The position numbers and the translations under genes were made by a program. A stretch of DNA of 64,000 nt, taken from Felis catus. Its lineage: Eukaryota. Position 1 is the stretch's first letter, and every line of letters begins with the position of its first letter. Where the stretch lies: positions 11,472,001 to 11,536,000 of the forward strand of contig NC_058369.1 in NCBI RefSeq assembly GCF_018350175.1, read 5' to 3'. The notes under the pieces were generated by a model. It was not told the DNA's origin. It ran no database searches and was given only the letters and a program-made list of their open reading frames with translations. Positions 11,886 through 23,863 of the stretch are shown piece by piece.

Positions 11886-12604
11886 GAAAACATCTGGCCC
11901 CAGGATTTCAGATAAGGAACCTGTACTGACTTTAACAGTTACTAAGTTCCAAAACATACTGGGATCTTTCATTAGACTCTTTAATCTGGTTGCACCATTT
12001 TATTACTATGCCAATATCACTTTTTGTTTTTAATTGCAGTGGCTTCGTAAAAGGTTATTACCTGAAAAACCAAGTCCCTGAACTCAACTACTGCCCTTTG
12101 TATAATTTTCTTGACTGTTAGACTTAATTCTACAACATAAAACTTTCAAACAATTTCATTCTGTCTCCCTCCCCAGAGTATGAATGGAATCCCATTAACT
12201 GTCCACATTAATATGTGGGGAGATGTAGTTTTGTTTTGTTCTGCTATTAAATCTCCGAAGAAGAACACTGTATATTCCTCTATTCACTGAAGTCTTATTT
12301 CATATCCTCGAGTTTAAGATCCCATACCTTTCTTCTTAAATCTATATTCCTAGTTATTTTGTGGATTTTGTTATTGCTATGAGTAGATTTTTCCCCATTT
12401 ACATTTCTAACTGGGTATTACTACAATGGAGAAAAGCTATTACTTTCTGTATGTTATCTTAAATTCCCCTTCTTTGTCAAATTCTATTAATTCTAAGGCC
12501 ATTTTGCTGTAATCATTCAGCCTTGCTAAGAATATAGTCAGATTATTTGCATATAAAGTTTTCATTTCCAGTATTTCACACTCACTGATAGTTGCTAATT
12601 TCTT

Positions 12605-12830
12605 TTTTTTAATGTGTGTCGTTTTTTTTAACATTTATTTTTGAGAGACAGAATAAGACAGAGCATGAGTGGAGAAGGGGCAGAGAGAGAGGGGGGACAC
12701 AGAATTCAAACAGGCTCCAGGCTCTGAGCTGTCAGCACAGAGCATGACATGGAGCTTGAACTCACGGAGTGCGAGATCATGACCTGAGCTGAAGTCGAAC
12801 ACCTAACCAACTGAGCCACCCAGGCGCCCC
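12605..12830 (-). mobile_element. Can-SINE with 19-bp target-site duplication
   Basis: TSD tgatagttgctaatttctt at 12586-12604 and 12831-12849. Confidence 0.93.
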
Positions 12831-12961
12831 TGATAGTTGCTAATTTCTTATCAAGCCATCCTTATATTCCAGAAATGAATTATACTTATATAGTGTATTA
12901 CATGCTTGAATTGAATTGAATACACTGGATTGGTAATTAGTAATTTATACTTAGCACTTTT

Positions 12962-13086
12962 ATTCTTTTTTATTTATTTTTACTATTTTATCTTTAAGTA
13001 CTCTCTGCACCTAACGTGGGGCTTGAACTCACAACCCCAAGATCAAGAGTTGCATACTCTATTTGACCAAGCCAACCAGGTACCCC
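12962..13086 (-). mobile_element. Short/old Can-SINE
   Basis: gggcttgaactcacaaccccaagatcaagag...; TSD tacttagcacttt on both sides. Confidence 0.8.
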
Positions 13087-15283
13087 TACTTAGCACTTTC
13101 ATTCTTTAATACTAAACTGATCTACAGTTTCACTTTGGCATTATCCTTATCAGAGTTTTGGAATTAAGGTTAAAAAGTCTTCCTAAAAATGCAATGGGGG
13201 ATGGACTTTCAGCATGGAAACCTGACAAGCTATGTGGACCTGCTCCCTGGTGAAACTGATGAAGACTATAAAACACCACAACCCTTTCAAGTCAAGGGAA
13301 ATGGTCCTAAGGACATACAGTGAATGAAGAAACACTAAGGAAAAGCTACTAAAACTCAGTAAAGATTGTGAGTTGTGGTGGTTTAAACATGACCTGTTGC
13401 TTTCTTGCCTTTCCCAGTTCAGAGTGATGGGAAAACCCACTCCAGATGCTGCAGCCCAACAACACAGGCCTCGGACTCTACCCAGCTCATCACAGTTGGA
13501 AGGCCGCATCTTCTCAGGAGGCACAGAAAGTCATCAATTCTCATTCTGAGCTACCTGCTGTGGAAGCTAAGTTCTAGACAAGTTCATCTGAGAGATGGTG
13601 GCGCCCTTCTTCTCTCCAGCCCCCCATTCATGGAATGGAGGCTTGACCTAGGGCACAGTATACTGAGAATAGTAGGTTTCACACTGCCCTAGCTCTGGCT
13701 TGTTTATAAAGCAGAGGTCCTGTGCCTTGGAGAGGCAAACCAAACCAAGACCAGAGGCTACAGCTGTCACCTTCTCTCCCCAGTCTCTCCTAAAGCAGCA
13801 GGCACTGAGAAAGCAACACTGCATAATCCCCACACCCAGCTCCAGAGTCTAGGTGCAGGTTTTACCCAGGGGTAGGCCTTAAAACAAGGAGCTCCCAAAT
13901 CTCTTCCCAAAGGAACTTACTTTATTCACAAGACTGTGAAGAAGTTCAAGACAGGAGGGTATGCAGAAAAACAGGGACACTAGTAGATTTGATAACAATA
14001 TAAACTAAACCATCAGCTTCCCTGGTTACCAGAACCAGTAGGACAGTTAAGAAGAGCCTCCAGGGCTCAGAACTCTCAAACCATGACCTCAAAGATGATT
14101 CCTATAGAAGAGTGTGGATTTGTTTAATTGGATCAGATTGGAGAGCAATTTAATGCCTCAAGGCATTGCTGAAAACAACACAGCCATCAGTCAACAATTT
14201 GTATAGTTTGTAACAGCTAAGGGTAGTCTAGACAAGAAAAAAAAAAAAAAAAAAACCCTGTCAAAACCATTGTTATCCCAGGGTGGCTAGGCCGGTGCTC
14301 ACAGCTTCCTCATTCAAGGCACCCTAGCAAAGGTTTCACTCTGGCAGAGACTTAAAAAATAATTTGACTAAACAAACAGATAAGCAAATATAGTAGCAAG
14401 ACTGTGGTGGGGGTAGGAAGAAGAGAAAAGCATAATCACACGGTCTCATCAAATAGAGAATATCAGTAAAGAGACAAATTATAAAAAAAAAACAAAAAAA
14501 CTAAAACAAATCTTGGAGCTGGAAAGTGCAATAACTGAAATGAAAAATTCACTAGATGGGCTCAACAGTAGATTTGAACTGGCAGAAGACTTAGAGAATC
14601 TATAGATTGGTAGATATGATCTGAAAAACAGAGAAGAATGAAGAAAAACAGTCTCAGACAACCTTGGAACACCATTAGGTGACCCAACATATGCATAATG
14701 GAAACACCAAAAGAAGAGGAGAAAGAGGCAGAAAAAAATACATGAAGAAAAATGTAGGCAAACTTGCCAAATCTGATGAAAAATTTGAATGTAGAGATTC
14801 GACAAACTCCAAGTAGGATAAATACAAAGAGATCCATAAAAGACTCCACGTAATAAAAATGCTGAGTCAAAGACAAGGGAAAACGCCTGAAGCAGAAAAA
14901 GAAAAATGAATCATCACTTAAAAGGGAACCTCAATAGGTTAAAAGTTGGTTTGTCACGAGAAACAAGGCCAGGGGGCAGTGAAATGACACTGAAAATGCT
15001 CAAAAAGTGTCAACCAAGATTCTAGCGCCCAACAGAGCTACCTTTCAGAGGTTAAGGTGAAATAGAGACATTCCCCAAAACGAGTACCTGAGAGAGTCCG
15101 CTGCCAGCAGACCTTGTAAGAAGCACCAAAGCTCTTCAGGCTGAAAGCAAGCGGCCCCAGACAGTTATTCAGATCCATGTGAAAAAATAACAAAGGTAAT
15201 TATAAAAGACACTATGAATGTATAATTCTTTGCCTGTCTTCTCAACTGACTGAAAAGAAGTTGTATAAAACACACACACACGT

Positions 15284-15504
15284 GGGGCGCCTGGGTGGCG
15301 CAGTCGGTTAAGCGTCCCGACTTCAGCCAGGTCACGATCTCGCGGTCCGGGAGTTCGAGCCCCGCGTCGGGCTCTGGGCTGATGATAGCTCAGAGCCTGG
15401 AGCCTGTTTCCGATTCTGTGTCTCCCTCTCTCTCTGCCCCTCCCCCATTCATGCTCTGTCTCTCTCTGTCCCAAAAATAAATAAACGTTGAAAAAAAAAA
15501 TTTT

Positions 15505-15508
<4 letters not shown>
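15284..15508 (+). mobile_element. Young felid SINEC_Fc-type element
   Basis: ggggcgcctgggtggcgcagtcggttaagcgt...cccaaaaataaataaacgttg; CpGs largely intact. Confidence 0.95.

Positions 15509-15560
<52 letters not shown>
15509..15560. repeat. (CA)n microsatellite, ~26 units
   Basis: Perfect dinucleotide run directly after the SINE tail. Confidence 0.97.
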
Positions 15561-15566
<6 letters not shown>

Positions 15567-15799
15567 TGTTTGGCCTGTAACATAGAGAAATATGTTTGCC
15601 AATAACAGCAAAAAGAAGGTGGGGGGACTAAAGTTGTATTGAACTAACAAGGAAGTGGGAACTTGAATCCACAGGAAGAACACAAATGAAGAGAACCAAA
15701 AATAAAAAATAAGGCTAATGTAACAAAAGCTACAAATATATAATTGCTGTCCTGTCAGCTTCCTTATTTTATTTATTTATTTATTTATTTATTTTATTT

Positions 15800-16024
15800 A
15801 TTTTTTTTAATTTTTTTTTCAACGTTTATTTATTTTTTTGGGACAGAGAGAGACAGAGCATGAACGGGGGAGGGGCAGAGAGAGAGGGAGACACAGAACC
15901 GGAAACAGGCTCCAGGCTCTGAGCCATCAGCCCAGAGCCTGACGCGGGGCTCGAACTCACAGACCGCGAGATCGTGACCTGGCTGAAGTCGGACGCTTAA
16001 CCGACTGCGCCACCCAGGCGCCCC
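15800..16024 (-). mobile_element. Young felid SINEC_Fc-type element
   Basis: Reverse complement nearly identical to 15284-15508. Confidence 0.95.
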
Positions 16025-16050
16025 TTATTTATTTATTTTTAAGTAGGCTT

Positions 16051-16310
16051 GGGGTGTCTGGGTGGCTCAGTCAGTTGAGTGTCGACTTAAGCTCAGGTTA
16101 TGATCACAAGGTTCGTGAGTTCGAGCTGTGTATCGGGATCTCTGCTGTCAGCACAGAGCCCGCTTGGGATCTTCTGTGCTCTTCCTCCACTCATGCATGC
16201 ACTCTTTCTCCCTCAAAAATAAGTAAACATTTTAAATACAATACAATACAATACAATACAATACAATACAATACAATACAATACAATACAATACAATACA
16301 ATACAATAAA
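16051..16310 (+). mobile_element. Can-SINE with (AATAC)n tail (~16235-16307), nested in an older SINE
   Basis: SINE head followed by a pentanucleotide repeat tail. Confidence 0.9.
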
Positions 16311-16886
16311 AGCTTCATGCCCAGCATGGAGCCCAATGTGGGGCTTCGAATTCACGACCTTGAGATCAAGACCTGATGAGCTGAGATCAAGAACTGGACG
16401 CTTACCCAACTGAGCCACCCAGGTGCCTCTCTTCCTGTCAGCTTCCTTTTTAAAAGACATAATATTATGTAAAGCAGTAATTACACTGTTATTGTATCAT
16501 TGGCTTTATGTTATTGGAACTACAAACACATTTAGATAAAATACTATGTATAATGGTAATAACACAAAAATCTCCCATGTAGAGAGAGCTATATGTGAGT
16601 AACTTAATCCCACTGAAATTAGGCTATTGTACCTGACAGAGATTAGTTAATATGTGTAAGATAAGGCCTAGAGAAACCACTCAAAAAATAATGCCTAAAA
16701 ATGTAGCACAAAAAATATCATTAAGGAAATTAAAAATTAATTAAAACCAAAACCAAACCAAAACAAACAACAAAAAAACAATACAGGGGGTACAGAACAA
16801 GAAATGTAAATCTAATAATCTCAACAATAATATTAAATGTGAATGGATTAAATGAACCATTCAAAAGATCATCAAACCAGAGGGGA

Positions 16887-17083
16887 GGGTTCCTGGGTGG
16901 CTCAGTTGGTTAAGCATCCGACTCTGGATTTTGCATAATCACAAGATTTGTGAGATCAAACCCCACATCAGGCTCTGCGCTGACAGCGCGGAGACTGCTT
17001 GGGATTCTCTTGCTCCCTCTTTCTGTGCACGCGTGCATGCGCGCTCTCTTCCAAAATAAATAAACTTAAGGGAAAAAAAAAAA
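16887..17083 (+). mobile_element. Can-SINE
   Basis: gggttcctgggtggctcagttggttaagcatccgac... with A tail. Confidence 0.9.
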
Positions 17084-18037
17084 AGATGCTCAACATCATC
17101 GTCATTAGAGAAATCCAAATAAAAAATAAACCGTGGATGCCATTTCAAACCCAGTAGGATGGCTAGAATCAGAAAGATAATAACCAGTGCTGGAGAGTAT
17201 GAAAAAATTGGAACTCTCACACAGTTGCTGATAGGGAATATAAATGGTGCAGCCACTCTGGAAAACATCTGGCTATTCCTCAAGAAGTTAAAGTTACTTT
17301 TGACCCAGACATTCCACTCCTAGACACATACACAAGAGAAATAAAAACATATACCCACACAAAAGCTTGTACACAAATGCTCAAATATTTATAACAGAAT
17401 AATTTATAATAGCCAAAAGGTGAAAACAATCCAAATGCCCAAATTAATGAATGGACAGACCAAAATGTGGTCTATGCATGCAAGAGAGTATTATTAGGCC
17501 ATACAAAGGAATGAAAATCTGACACATGCTACCTGGATGAACCCTGAAAACGTTATGCTAAGTGGAAGAAGCTGATCACCGAAGACCATGTATTTTGTGA
17601 TCCCATTTACATGAAATACCCAGAGACAATATACAGAGACAAAGAGTATATTAGTGGTTGCCTAAGACTAAGGAAGCATGAAGCATGGGACAGGAGGGGT
17701 GGGGAGTGGGGGGAGAGGAATGACAGCTAAAGGGTTTCTTTCTGAGGTGATGAAAATGTTCTATAATTGATTATGGTGATGGCTACACAACTGTAATATA
17801 TTAAAAACTACTGCATCGTACAGCTTATATGGGTAAATTGTATGATATACGATTTCTATCTCAATAAAGCTGTTACCAAAAATAACAATTAGAAGGTTTC
17901 CATTCATTTCCATAGTTGGAATCTCTAAAAATACGACATTGAAATTATACTCAAATCTCCACATATCAATGATTTCTGGTGCTTTCTAAGTATCTTCTGT
18001 CTTTCCTCACCCTTCCAAATCCCTCTATTAGTTGTGG

Positions 18038-18091
18038 TTTTTTTCTTTTTTTAAGTTTATTTACTTGAGAGAGGGAGAGAGCAGGGAAGAA

Positions 18092-18153
<62 letters not shown>

Positions 18154-18279
18154 CCCAGGTAGGCTCCAAGCTGTCAGTGCAGAGCCCGACATGGGGCTCA
18201 ATCTCACGAACCACAAGATCACAACCTGAGTCGAAATCCAGAGTAGAATGCCTGATCAAATGAGCCACCCAGGTGCCCC
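18038..18279 (-). mobile_element. Can-SINE with expanded (GA)n (~18099-18151)
   Basis: Reverse-oriented SINE head at 18279; long AG dinucleotide run. Confidence 0.9.
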
Positions 18280-19451
18280 TCTTCTCTTCTGTAAACTTCT
18301 TTCAGGATCAATTGGGAGTTTATGTTTTACTAGCTATCCTCATGTCACCTAGATTTTCCACATTTTAATATCATGCACGATCCATCCTCTGTCATCTGCT
18401 CTCTGCCTACCCCTTATCAGCTCCCAGTTCAAAACCCCAGTCATGGCAAGACCCCTACAAGATCTCCTCAACCACCTAACCGCACCCCACTGTTGAGAAT
18501 TAGTGCACCAAGAAAGACCAGAGATGAATCTGATGGCCGTGGAAAAAAGTTGAGAAATGCTATTTCCTACACTTCCCCTGGTTGTCATCATCTGCCCATA
18601 AATCCCCTTCACCTTCCTCCAGGTGATGGCAGTCAAGCCTCACTCTGGCCCAGACCTGGTCCTAAACTTCTCAGCTCTCTCCCTCCATCCAGACCGGATC
18701 TCTAACAGCCACCACCACCTCAATCACAAAACACCCACCCTAACTTCTATGCTAGGCACTGGGGATACACTGGAAAACGAGACTGAATTTGTTCACCTTC
18801 TTGCCGGACTCGCTCCTTTCCCTGTACCATATACCTACCCCCCCCACCTTAGCAGCAGCTCTGGCCACCTAGTTACCCAAGCCAGAAACCTGAGACATCC
18901 CAGACTCCCGGTCATTTCCTTTCTCCTCACTCTAAAAGCGGAGGCCCCCCTCTATCTCGGTACTACAGCAGTTCCTCCACTCCCCGCTCCACACGGTCTC
19001 CCTCCACACCAGGTGCAACACCAACTCTAACCCCTTCACAGTGCCTGACCTAAAAACTCTGCTGCCTACAGGAGTGAGCCCAGACCGTCATCCCAACCCT
19101 CGTGAACCTCTGAAGCCCTGACCCCTCCTCCAGCAGCACTTGCACTGCACACTTTTTGTTTGGTTTCTGAACCTATTCTGGCTGGTGGCCCCTATGCACA
19201 CAGAGGCCCCCATATCCCATAGCATTACAGTCCAGCTCTGATGACACCTTCTCCCACACAGGGTCCCCATTTCCCTCCCCTCTCCCTGTAGCTGTACTGA
19301 CTGCACTGGGCCGGAAATGTCTCTATCTGCCTGCCCTGCCACACTTCCTACAGTTCCTCATGGGCAGGCAGAGGTTATAACCCCAGGACCTTCCCAGATG
19401 CCTCACCAAGTCAACCCACAGGATGGCAGGTGAACACCCGTGGCCACTCAC

Positions 19452-19582
19452 CCTGCGGTTCCGGTTGTGATCCATGGTCTTGAGGTGCTTCTGGATGATC
19501 CCAAACTGCATGGGGATGAAGAGGTCACAGGCTGCACAGTGAGCTGCCTCTACCTTCTTCACAAAATGTTCCATGGCAATTT
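19452..19582 (-). CDS. AKAP8L: AKAP8L exon 12 (zinc finger 2; EIAMEHF...HCAACDLF...HNRNRR, 131 nt)
   Basis: ccctacag acceptor, GTGAGT donor. Confidence 0.96.
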
Positions 19583-19814
19583 CTGTAGGGCGGAGAAGGA
19601 GAGTCACCACTGGTTCCAGGTGCCTAAGACAGACCCAGCAGTTTGGGAAAAACACCAGACCAGCTCCTCACCTCGCCCTGCCACTTCCACGTGGGCCTGA
19701 GGCTGTTCTCGCTGACCCTCCCTGGGGGAACAGAGGGGTGTCGTGACCCCACTCAGAACCAGAGGAGGGCAGGCTGAATCCCTGCCTAGTTGGAGTGTGA
19801 TGGAACCTCCTTAC

Positions 19815-19920
19815 CTTGGGTAAGATCTTGGTCTCTGTAGATCTGCTGAATCAGACCATCAAGATCCTCCACGGTTTTCCGGAGTTCCTCGGTCTTCTTG
19901 GTCTTGTTGGCGACATACTC
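19815..19920 (-). CDS. AKAP8L: AKAP8L exon 11 ([15 protein letters not shown]...DLTQ, 106 nt)
   Basis: tttggcag acceptor, GTAAGG donor. Confidence 0.96.
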
Positions 19921-20018
19921 CTGCCAAAGACACCGAGGAGATTCCAAGGATTGTGTGGCTGCTCTATGTTCCAAGGAGTCCGAGAAGCTAAGAGCAGCTG
20001 TGCCGCTCTAAGGCTCAC

Positions 20019-20160
20019 CTGCAGGAAATCGGCCGTCTGCTTGGGGAGCTTGGTGCCTACGTATTTAAAGTGCTCCTTGTGGAACTTGCTATCGAGATGG
20101 CTGGCCATCTCCTCCTCGTAGAAGGTCCGGTATTTGCAGAGAGAACACACAAATTGGATC
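20019..20160 (-). CDS. AKAP8L: AKAP8L exon 10 (zinc finger 1; [13 protein letters not shown]...ADFLQ, 142 nt)
   Basis: Within ORF 19851..20150; ggcag acceptor, GTGAGC donor. Confidence 0.96.
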
Positions 20161-21610
20161 CTGCCACAGGAAAGAAACGAAGGGCTGAGGCCTCGAGGGT
20201 CCCACGGTACAGCGCTGCTGCCTCACCCAACCCAGCTGCGAGCCCTGAAACAGGCCTTGCTCACGGGCCTCTGTCGTTCGGTCCCAGCAGGGGGACAGGC
20301 TGGGACCAGTGGGGTTGGGAGTAGAAAGGGACAGAAAGTCTGCAGGCTGCAGTTACTGCAACGTGGGGGACAGGGGAGGAGCTCTTCCTTCCCAGACAGG
20401 AGGCTGAACCCTGAGGCAGCAGCTGCTGCAACAGGCAAGGAGTCGCTGGAAGGTTGCCGGTGGGCCTCTCTACCAAGGCTGGGCAGGAGCTTGTGCACTT
20501 GGCCCAGCTGGGGACCGGAAGGAAGGATGCCCTGGCGTGAGCCAGGTGGCCCTGAGGTGCAGAGTGGAGTACGCAGTCCCGAGGCAGGGCCCGAAAAGGT
20601 GCTGCATCTTCCTTCTGGGTCTGGGGGACTGAAAGGCCCAGCCCATCCTCTGCTCAGAATGCTTGGGGGTGGTGTCGGGAGGGATGGGAGGCAAGCAGGC
20701 CTGGGCTCCTGCTGCCTCATCTTCCTCTTCCAAGAAGAGACCAGTCTGAGCTGGAAGGAGGGCGCCCGCCTGGCCTGCCAGAGGGCAGCCTGGAGTCACC
20801 TGAGCGAGGTGCTCTGTCTGGGCCTGGTGTCCACAGCAGAAGCCCGGGGTCTGGGGCCTGAGCTGGAGCAGGCCGCCGTGGCAAGGGGCGGAGGAGGCCA
20901 GCCGCCACCGAGGCCTCGGGGCGGGTCCCTACCTCTGCCGGACGTCCTTATCTGGGCCACGGGGTCAGCTTTGTCTGGAGAGCCCAGGGGCCGGGCGCCG
21001 GCGAGGCTGAGGAAGGTCCAGCAAGAGCAAGAGTCTGAGGCGGAGGAGGAGGAGGCAAGCGCCAGTGCGGGAGCCCTGAGGGCAGACAGACCCGACCAAG
21101 GGGCGTGAAGGGCTCAGCCGCAGACAGGCCCGGCCTGACAGGGCCGGCGGGCAGGGCAGAGGGCAGGCCCAAGGCTGCCACAGCCCACAGGTGCTGCCAT
21201 CTCTCCTGGGCGCGGCGACGGCCTCTTGGCAGCTAGCTGGGGTGGCACAGGCGCCTTGGACCTCGAGTCTCTGATGAGCTGGCCCCCTCCCGCAGGGGCA
21301 GCGGGCCCCCAGTGCACCTCGGGGCTCGTGCGCCGAGTGACCTAGCGCTGGAGCTTCTGGGCAACGGTGCCGAGCAGTGTCGGGTCTCAGGTCAAAGACG
21401 CTAGCGGTCGCCAGGCAGCCGCAGTGGGGCAGGGATGGAGTCAGGCCTTGGGAGCTGGGCCTGGCGGGAAGCAGGGTCCATGCACGGCCGAGCAGGTGGC
21501 AGCTCCCAAGGGAGGCCAGAGGGCGGCGAGGCGGCAGAGCTACGGCCCTGCTCTTCAGGCGGCAGCCCCCGAGCGAGGCAGAGGCAAAGGAATGGAGGGC
21601 AGCTGGTTAC

Positions 21611-21719
21611 CTTTCCACCATGCGGTCTCGCTGCCGCTTTTTCTGCTTATCCTGGCTCTTCTTGCCTGCCTGCAACTTGCGCTTGATCTGGCCACTATCG
21701 TCCTGGGTGCTGAGGGCCC
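21611..21719 (-). CDS. AKAP8L: AKAP8L exon 9 (GALSTQDDSGQIKRKLQAGKK...DRMVER, 109 nt)
   Basis: ttccacag acceptor, GTAACC donor. Confidence 0.95.
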
Positions 21720-22648
21720 CTGTGGAAACAGAGGGCACAGTCACTAGCCTGGCTCCACCAGGTCGGGGCAGGCCCTGGGGCCTCTGGCTGGATCACCCGC
21801 CTTCTACTCCAGATAGTCCATCCTGAAAGCAGCTGTCCGAACAAGGACTCCGGCCACGAGCAGGGCTGGGTTCCCTGGGCTGGGCAGGGAACCATTCTGG
21901 CCTAGGTCCTGAAGAGGGGAGGACACAGGCTGACCCCACCGCTCTCCAGAACACCCACATTCCACAGAGTGGGCCCCAGGGAGGCTGGAAGGCAAACAGA
22001 AGCCATCTTGGTGGGGACGCTGGCACAAGTTCAGAGGGGCCAGGTGGTGGGATGCAGGGAGGCCATGGCTGAGGCCTAAGTGCAGCCCCCAAAGGTAAAG
22101 ACCCCAAAGCTCACAGGGCTTGGCCCACCCCCCACGGCGCACCGCGGCAACAGTGGGCTGAGGCTGGATTTACTGTTAGGTACCTGCTGGCGCTCATCAC
22201 TCAGGTAGGGGGACACGGACTCCCAACAGGGGCTGGAGAGGCGCTAAGGGAGAGGACACGCAAACCAGAGCCGTAAAAACTCCACCGAGGGTCCCAGCTC
22301 AGACACCAGCCACTGAGGACTCGGAGCTGTGCGCTACTGGAGGGTAGGGCGTATGCCTGGGGTTCCCCCCAACTCTCTTGCTTGCTGCCCCCACCAAAAG
22401 GTAAAGCCAATGCGCTAGGCAGACAGGGACCACTGCCACCCACAGCCTCTGTCTGGGAAGAATGGGGGGGGGGGGGCAGAGTGAGAAGGGAACAGAGGAA
22501 GAGGAGCCCCCCGCCAGCGCATGCCAGCCCCACGAGGGAGGGCCCCAGCTGGCCGCACATCTGTCACAGCCCTGCCCTCAGCTGGATCCCTCCAACTGTG
22601 AGTGCCTGGAAGCGCCGCCCCAGCACCCAGGCCGCTCAGAAGACTCAC

Positions 22649-22712
22649 CCTTTTCTGCATCCTCTTTGCTTTCTTCTTTGCCTTCTTCTTTTCCCTCTTC
22701 ATCTTCTCCTTC
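22649..22712 (-). CDS. AKAP8L: AKAP8L exon 8 (EGEDEEGKEEGKEESKEDAEK, 64 nt)
   Basis: ttctag acceptor, GTGAGT donor. Confidence 0.93.
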
Positions 22713-23064
22713 CTAGAACACCATTTCAAATGCCCCACATTAAAGCATGTACGGTCATTTACAAAGGCTCTAAATGACAAGGCCCTGCTATGTACCAAGC
22801 ACGGAGCCTCACATCCTCCCAGCAGCCCTTGCACAGGGGGGGCTCATTCCACTGTCTCCTGATAAAGAAACCTGGGCTCTGGCTGTGTGGCCTGCTCGCA
22901 GCCCATGCTCTATCAGATCTCCACCTCTCTCGTGTTGGTCATACGTGCATGACCAGGATGGCCCGTGGCCTCTGTGGAGGGCCCTGCTCTGCAGCACAGG
23001 GGCTCAGCCAGCCCGCTCTTCATAGGCCCCACCTGCTGACAGCACACAGGGCCCGGCCACTTAC

Positions 23065-23135
23065 TGCTCTGGAGCCCTTCTCCACAGCCTCAGCGCCTTC
23101 AGTGCCCTCTGCGGCCTCCCCCTCAGTGCCCTCAT
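23065..23135 (-). CDS. AKAP8L: AKAP8L exon 7 (DEGTEGEAAEG...KGSRA, 71 nt)
   Basis: ctttcag acceptor, GTAAGT donor. Confidence 0.95.
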
Positions 23136-23217
23136 CTGAAAGGCAAAACAACACGAGTTCAGTCCAGGAGCTCCATGGGGCAGGGGACAGGGGCAGCAGC
23201 TCAGTGCCCCAGCTCAC

Positions 23218-23314
23218 CATTATCTGAATCACTATTATCCGAGCAGTCCGTCCGGGTGGCTTTGCTGTCTGGCTCATCAGGACTGCCGCACTGCTTTCTC
23301 TTCTTCTTCTTGGT
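23218..23314 (-). CDS. AKAP8L: AKAP8L exon 6 (TKKKKRKQ...DSDN, 97 nt; NLS-like)
   Basis: gatccag acceptor, GTGAGC donor. Confidence 0.95.
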
Positions 23315-23409
23315 CTGGATCAGAGAGAGGGAGCTGCGTCAGGGCGGGTGGCTCTAGGACCCTCGCTCCACCCAGTCAGGGGCCCAGAGGGACGGCCTCC
23401 TCCACTCAC

Positions 23410-23863
23410 CCGGAAGTCGGCTGTGGTCCAGGTCTTCCAGGTCCGCCTCATCTGCTTCATGCCATTGCCAAACCCGAAGCCAAAGCGGGAGCCACCTGGG
23501 AAGGCGCCCCCGCCACGCATGCCCTGGAACATGCTGTACTCGGGGATGATGTTCTGGGAGAAGAGGGAGGGCAGCCGGGAGGCACCAGGCATGCACTGGC
23601 CCCGGGCCCCCATAGGGTCTTCCCACATGCGCCCATAGCCCGAGGCCATCGGCCGGCCACTCCTGGAGTCCCGGGCCCAGCCCTGAGCCCGTGGGCCAAA
23701 GGTGTCGCCGCCACGCATGCGGAACTGGTCACGGTAGGCATCGTACTGGCCCTCGTAGGCCATTTCCATCTCAGGGTCAAGTTCGCCATAGTCGTAGCCT
23801 GACCGGTATAGGTCGCGCTCACTCAGAATAGCCCTCGAGTCACAGGCCTCATAGGAATCATAT
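23410..23863 (-). CDS. AKAP8L: AKAP8L exon 5 (YDSYEACDSR...FGFGFGNG...TADFR, 454 nt)
   Basis: Within ORF 23320..23886; ttctgcag acceptor, GTGAGT donor. Confidence 0.96.

Larger units (their letters stand above)
13190..17885 (+). mobile_element. Decayed old L1 sequence (5'/ORF1 remnant ~13190-16880, 3' end ~17085-17885), antisense in AKAP8L intron 12 and interrupted by SINEs
   Basis: ORF1-like A-rich remnants (ataactgaaatgaaaaattcactagatgggctcaacagtagatttgaa) and an L1M 3' end (aaatggtgcagccactctggaaaac...ctcaataaagctgtt); no intact ORF. Confidence 0.8.

Noticed and set aside
15284..15365. tRNA-like A/B-box sequences (here and in the other SINE heads)
   Set aside because: Heads of tRNA-derived Can-SINEs followed by (CT)n and poly(A), not tRNA genes; the associated MAQSVK... 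ORFs are SINE translations
13190..17885. Possible intact/active L1
   Set aside because: ORF1 is riddled with stops and indels, most of ORF2 is absent, and multiple SINEs interrupt it
20134..21108. 324-aa plus-strand ORF antisense to AKAP8L
   Set aside because: Starts at TTG rather than ATG, has no recognisable domain, and has the Gly/Ala/Arg/Pro composition expected from stop-poor GC-rich DNA
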